Below are positions 46,834 through 51,287 of a stretch of 51,287 nucleotides of DNA, piece after piece (within the stretch, counting starts at the first letter, position 1; every line of letters starts with the position of its first letter). The notes under the pieces are model-generated. The model was not told where the DNA came from and searched no databases. It saw nothing but the letters and a program-made list of their open reading frames with translations. A program made the position numbers and the translations under genes. The stretch comes from Octopus sinensis (lineage: Eukaryota): assembly GCF_006345805.1 (NCBI RefSeq), contig NW_021834545.1:1-51287 (forward strand), written 5' to 3'.

Positions 46834-48290
46834 TCTTTATATATATATAAAACTGAGAATGTGTGTCTGTCTGTCTGTCTGTGTGTTTCCTTAAAACTTG
46901 AGAACTACACAACCAATTTCATTCAAATTTTACACATGCCCTACTTTGGGTCCGGGGAGTGTCATCGGCAAAACATTTTTTAACTTTTTGCCTAGCGCGA
47001 GCCCACAGCAACATCAGATCTTCACTACGATTCCCTAAAACTTGGGAACTACACAACCATTTTTCCATCAATTTTACACATGCCCTACTTTGGGTCCGGG
47101 GAGTGTCATCGGCAAAACATTTTTTTAACTTTTTGCCTAGCGCGAGCCCACAGCAACATCAGATCTTCACTACGATTCCCTAAAACTTGGGAACTACACA
47201 ACCAATTCCATTCAAATTTTACACATGCCCTACTTTGGGTCCGGGGAATGTCATCGGCAAAACATTTTTTTAACTTTTTGCCTAGCGCGAGCCCACAGCA
47301 ACATCAGATCTTCACTACGATTCCCTAAAACTTGGGAACTACACAACCAATTCCATTCAAATTTTACACATGCCTTACTTAAGGTCCATGTAGTTTCATG
47401 GGCAAAAAAATGTTCACTTCTTGCCTAGAGCGAGCCCATAGCATATCATATCTTCTCCACTATTTCAGTATTACGTGTTAAAAGTGAAACAAAAATTTTC
47501 TCTATTTTATGTCAGATGCTTTCACTTTAACATAAAATAATAATAACAATTGAATTATATGTAGTAAGTAATAATTAAATCAACTAAAGTATAATATAAT
47601 CGTAACATAACAAAAATAAAATAGCAATTGGTATAAAATTGCATCAATGATTTGAACTTGAATAAGTGGTTTCACATGAATGGGAATAAATTAAAAATAA
47701 AATTAGCGTGCAGAAATGGAATAGTGCAAATGGATAATAAAAAATTAAATTAAAGAAAAGACTATTGTCTATAAAGTATACAATGTAGAGAAAAAAGATT
47801 TGAACACATGGAGGAAAGCACAATCGAAAAGTGTCTCGGTGCGACTATGAAAGATATCTAACCAGAGGCGGTAAATTCGCCACAATTGAAGCAAGGTTCG
47901 AGTCAACGGAGCGAGCAAGGGAATACTCGACTCGAACCTTGCAAAGTGGAAATATTTTATTCTCACCATTATATCTGGGAGGTAGGACGTCCTGGAAAAA
48001 ATTTTAAATGCCCCCCCCCCCCCGAAGTAGAGGTAGGCTGGATTGTAGCCACACTTCTATACAAAAGGGAGGACAAGATGCAATTGATCGAAATTACAAG
48101 AGACGGGCTAATAATTCCAGTCTGTTACATATTTTGAGTATTGTTATCACTAGCGATATCAAGATATAATTTTGTATTTTATGTGTAGATGTATATATAT
48201 ATAGATGTACATGTAATATGTACACATATATATACACATATATACATGCACTAGCACTATGACCCGGCAACGACGAGTCTTTAATGCTAG
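46834..48290 (+). mobile_element. Putative longer non-autonomous Helitron with an internal tandem array
   Basis: 5' A|TCTTTATATATATATAAAA...(TGTC)n; 3' hairpin GACCCGGCAACGACGAGTC then TGCTAG|T; linkage of the two ends is inferred. Confidence 0.5.
46889..47465. repeat. 145-bp tandem repeat, about 4 copies
   Basis: CC(T/C)TAAAACTTG(A/G)GAACTACACAACC near 46889, 47034, 47179 and 47324. Confidence 0.9.
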
Positions 48291-48432
48291 TATGAAATAT
48301 GAGCGTGCTTCAGTTGTAAGGAAACTGCTCAGCGGTGGTTGATATGATATCTCAGCCATTGCTATTTTAACTCAGGCAGTTGCAGTTGTGTGTGAGGCAT
48401 CTAAGCTACCTAAGCTATATTTGTAACGAGAA

Positions 48433-48998
48433 GGCGGCGAGCTGGCAGAACTGTTAGCACGCCAGGCGAAATGCGTAGCCGTATTTCGTCCGCCGCTACG
48501 TTCTGAGTTCAAATTCCGCCGTGTCGACTTTGCCTTTCATTCTTTCGGGGTCGATAAATTAAGTACCAGTTACGCACTGGGGTCGACGTACTCGACTTAA
48601 TACCGATGTCTGTCTTTGTTTGTCCCCTCTATGTTTAGCCCCTTGTGGGTAGTAAAGAAATATGTATTTCGTCTGCCGTTATGTTCTGAGTTCAAATGCC
48701 GCGTAGGTCGACTTTGCCTTTCATCCTTTCGTTGGAGTCGATTAAATTAAGTACCAGTTACGCACTGGGGTCGATGTAATCGACTTAATTCGTTTGTCTG
48801 TCCTTGTTTCTCCCCTCTGTGAGTAGCCCCTTGTGGGTAATAAAGAAATAGGTATTTCGTCTGCCGTTATGTTCAAATGCCGCCGAGGTCGACTTTGCCT
48901 TTCATCCTTTCGGAGTCGATTAAATTAAGTACCAATTCATTTGTCTGTCCTTGTTTGTCCCATCTATGTTTAACCCCTTGTGGGTAATAAAGAAATAA
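48433..48998 (+). mobile_element. SINE-B trimer bounded by one 15-bp TSD
   Basis: ATATTTGTAACGAGA at 48417-48431 and 48999-49013; junctions near 48660 and 48850. Confidence 0.9.
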
Positions 48999-49159
48999 AT
49001 ATTTGTAACGAGAGAGATCAGTGGTTCTAATGATTAGCTCAACGGAATTTGAAGTCAAATCGTAAATCCAGTTGTACTGCCGCTAAGCACTTAGCTCGAT
49101 CTACTAACGGTTCTGCTAATTTGTTGGGGTTTTTCCTCAGTGTTATTAGAATTGACACA

Positions 49160-49900
49160 AAACAATGTTTTTATCGTAAAGTATATTTGCCATTTAAATA
49201 TGGTTAACCACTAAGGGCGGATACTACTGTAGCTTGTAGCCCCAGGAGGACACCTCCTCCAGTTGGCTATTGACACATTTTCTGTGCCCTATCAGTATTT
49301 GCAAAGGGAAACCATCCTTCCCGTCTTCAACCTATGATACACACGGATTCGAGTTTCTGAGTATTGACCCGTCATCAGCGCACGACAATCACGAATTGTC
49401 GATGAGCAGTAGGCCTTCCTTTGCAAATATATATCCTTTTTCCAGTGATGAAAAGTCACTGATATCGAAAAAGTGTAAACAAGCAATACTAAATCTCTGA
49501 GCGAGGTATAAACAATAACTACATGAAATCATTAACACAAAACAATGTTTTTATCGTGAAGTATATTTGCCATTTGAATATGGCTAACCCCTAAGGATGG
49601 ATGCTACTGTAGCTTGTAGTCCAGAAGGACACCTCCTCCAGCTGGCTATTGACACATTTTCTGTGCCCTATCAGTATTTGAAAAGGGAAGCCATCCTTCC
49701 CGTCTTCAACCTATGATACCCATGGATTCGAGTATCTGGGTATTGACACGTGATCAGATATATTTGCCATTTAAATATGGCTAACTCCTAAGGATGGATG
49801 CTACTGTAGCTTGTAGCCCCAGGAGGACACCTCCTCCAGCTGGCTATTGACACACTTTCTGTGACCTATCAGTATTTGCAATGGGAAGCCATCCTTCCCA
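49160..49900. mobile_element. Three same-orientation arms of the 5256-5725 foldback element
   Basis: TATATTTGCCATTT(A/G)AATATGG.TAAC...CAGTATTTG.AA.GGGAA repeated near 49180, 49560 and 49770. Confidence 0.8.
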
Positions 49901-49949
49901 AAGTTTTTATTACTTGTTAGGGGCTTTATTTACGTTTATTCTTCTTGTA

Positions 49950-50135
49950 GCCCGGCTCTTCGTCGGTTACGACGATGAAATCTCCAGTTGTCACCGTGAA
50001 CGGTACAGCCTGTTCATGAAATTAATGTATACGTGGCTGAACACTGTATAGACATTCCTACCCTTAACGTAGTTCTCAGGGGTGATTCCACGTGACGGAC
50101 AATGGTACAAGGCTGGCACCTTGATATACAGGCAC
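49950..50135 (-). mobile_element. Decayed SINE-C 3' half
   Basis: CGTCGGTTACGACGATGA...CCCTTAACGTAGTTCTC similar to 21098-21215. Confidence 0.7.
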
Positions 50136-50245
50136 CACTCACTGTTACTAGCTGAGCTGACAACCGATGCTGGTGTGTTTACGTCACCGTAACATTACCG
50201 GTTTGTATTGAAAAGTTCAGCAAGTTCATATATATATATACATAT

Positions 50246-50455
50246 ACTCTTGACTCTCTTTTACTCTTTTACTTCTTTCAGTCATTTGACTGCGGCCATG
50301 CTGGAGCACCGCCTTTAGTCGAGGAAATCGACCCCGGACTTATTCTTTTTTGCCGAACCGCTAGGTGACGGGGACGTAAACACACCAGCATCGGTTGTCC
50401 AAGCAATGCTAGGGGGACAAACACAGACACACAACATACAAACATATATATATAT

Positions 50456-50523
<68 letters not shown>

Positions 50524-50688
50524 CGACGGGCTTCTTTCAGTTTCCGTCTACCAAATCCACTCACAAGGCATTGGGTCGGCCCGGGGCTATACCAGAAGAC
50601 ACTTGCCCAGATGCCACGCAGTGAGACTGAACCGGAACCATGTGGTTGGTAAGCAAGCTACTTACCACACACAGCCACTCCTGCGCCT
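50246..50688 (-). mobile_element. SINE-A, near full length
   Basis: Reverse complement of the consensus with a small deletion. Confidence 0.9.
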
Positions 50689-51287
50689 ATATATATTATA
50701 TATATAATTATATATATATATAGGATGTTAACTATATGGAGGATCATAGACTGACCAATGGTTTTGCATTTATAAAGTGCTTAGCCTTATAAACGCCTGG
50801 TCAGTTTCCAAACTCTGAGTGCATTATGGACGCGAAGACATTCCTTTCTCTGATTGGCCATATAATTAACTTCCTGAAATTACAATACTGCTCTAGCGAT
50901 TGGAGTGTGCTTCTTTTTCGGATATGTGATCCACTGACGATATGGTGGTTATCTACTCCTTATGCAGAGTTTGGCCACCTCTTGTACCTAATTCTTAGAT
51001 CCATCATGGCATCTGATGTGGTTTTTTAAACCACTCACGATATACATACATACATACATACATACATACATACATACATACATACATACATACGGATATT
51101 GTGAGCGATGGAGAGTGAGTGATAATGCAATTTATAAATTGTAATATCTCTCTCTTTTTCTCTCTCTTTCTCTCTGTCTCTATCTCTGTCTCTCTCTCTC
51201 TCTCTCTTTCTTTCCCTTTCTCACTCGCCTAAACGTTTTGTTTTGCCTTCGTTTCAGCAGAGATTGGCAAAGATTGAAATTATATGC

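Noticed and set aside
50770-50880. Minus-frame CLRVHNALR resembling a CAP/SCP domain start
   Set aside because: The frame stops within a few codons, there is no donor site and no further CAP motifs.

Overview
AT-rich eukaryotic DNA, intergenic or deep-intronic and saturated with repeats. The SINE families and microsatellites look like Octopus (coleoid cephalopod); this is inferred from recognition of the repeats and was not checked against a database. No protein-coding gene, rRNA, true tRNA or CRISPR array can be supported, and all long ORFs in the track are microsatellite or SINE artefacts. The window holds: (i) tRNA-derived SINEs, namely SINE-A (internal TA/TG microsatellite), SINE-B (~185-bp unit forming head-to-tail multimers up to 9 units with a fixed junction) and SINE-C (tRNA-Arg-like head); (ii) decayed LINE ends (RTE, CR1/L2-group), one sharing its 3' tail with SINE-A; (iii) non-autonomous Helitrons, a hAT MITE and a foldback element; (iv) at least seven hammerhead-ribozyme (HHR) or HHR-derived motifs in Penelope-like terminal repeats. 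The three strongest leads are a tRNA-headed SINE whose 3' tail carries an HHR and which is preceded by an inverted copy of that tail (2221-2605, candidate Penelope-mobilised ribozyme SINE), a consensus-perfect type I HHR inside a 394-bp palindrome (16577-16970), and TSD-bounded SINE-B multimers whose junction is a self-complementary hairpin, which suggests a circular or template-jump intermediate.
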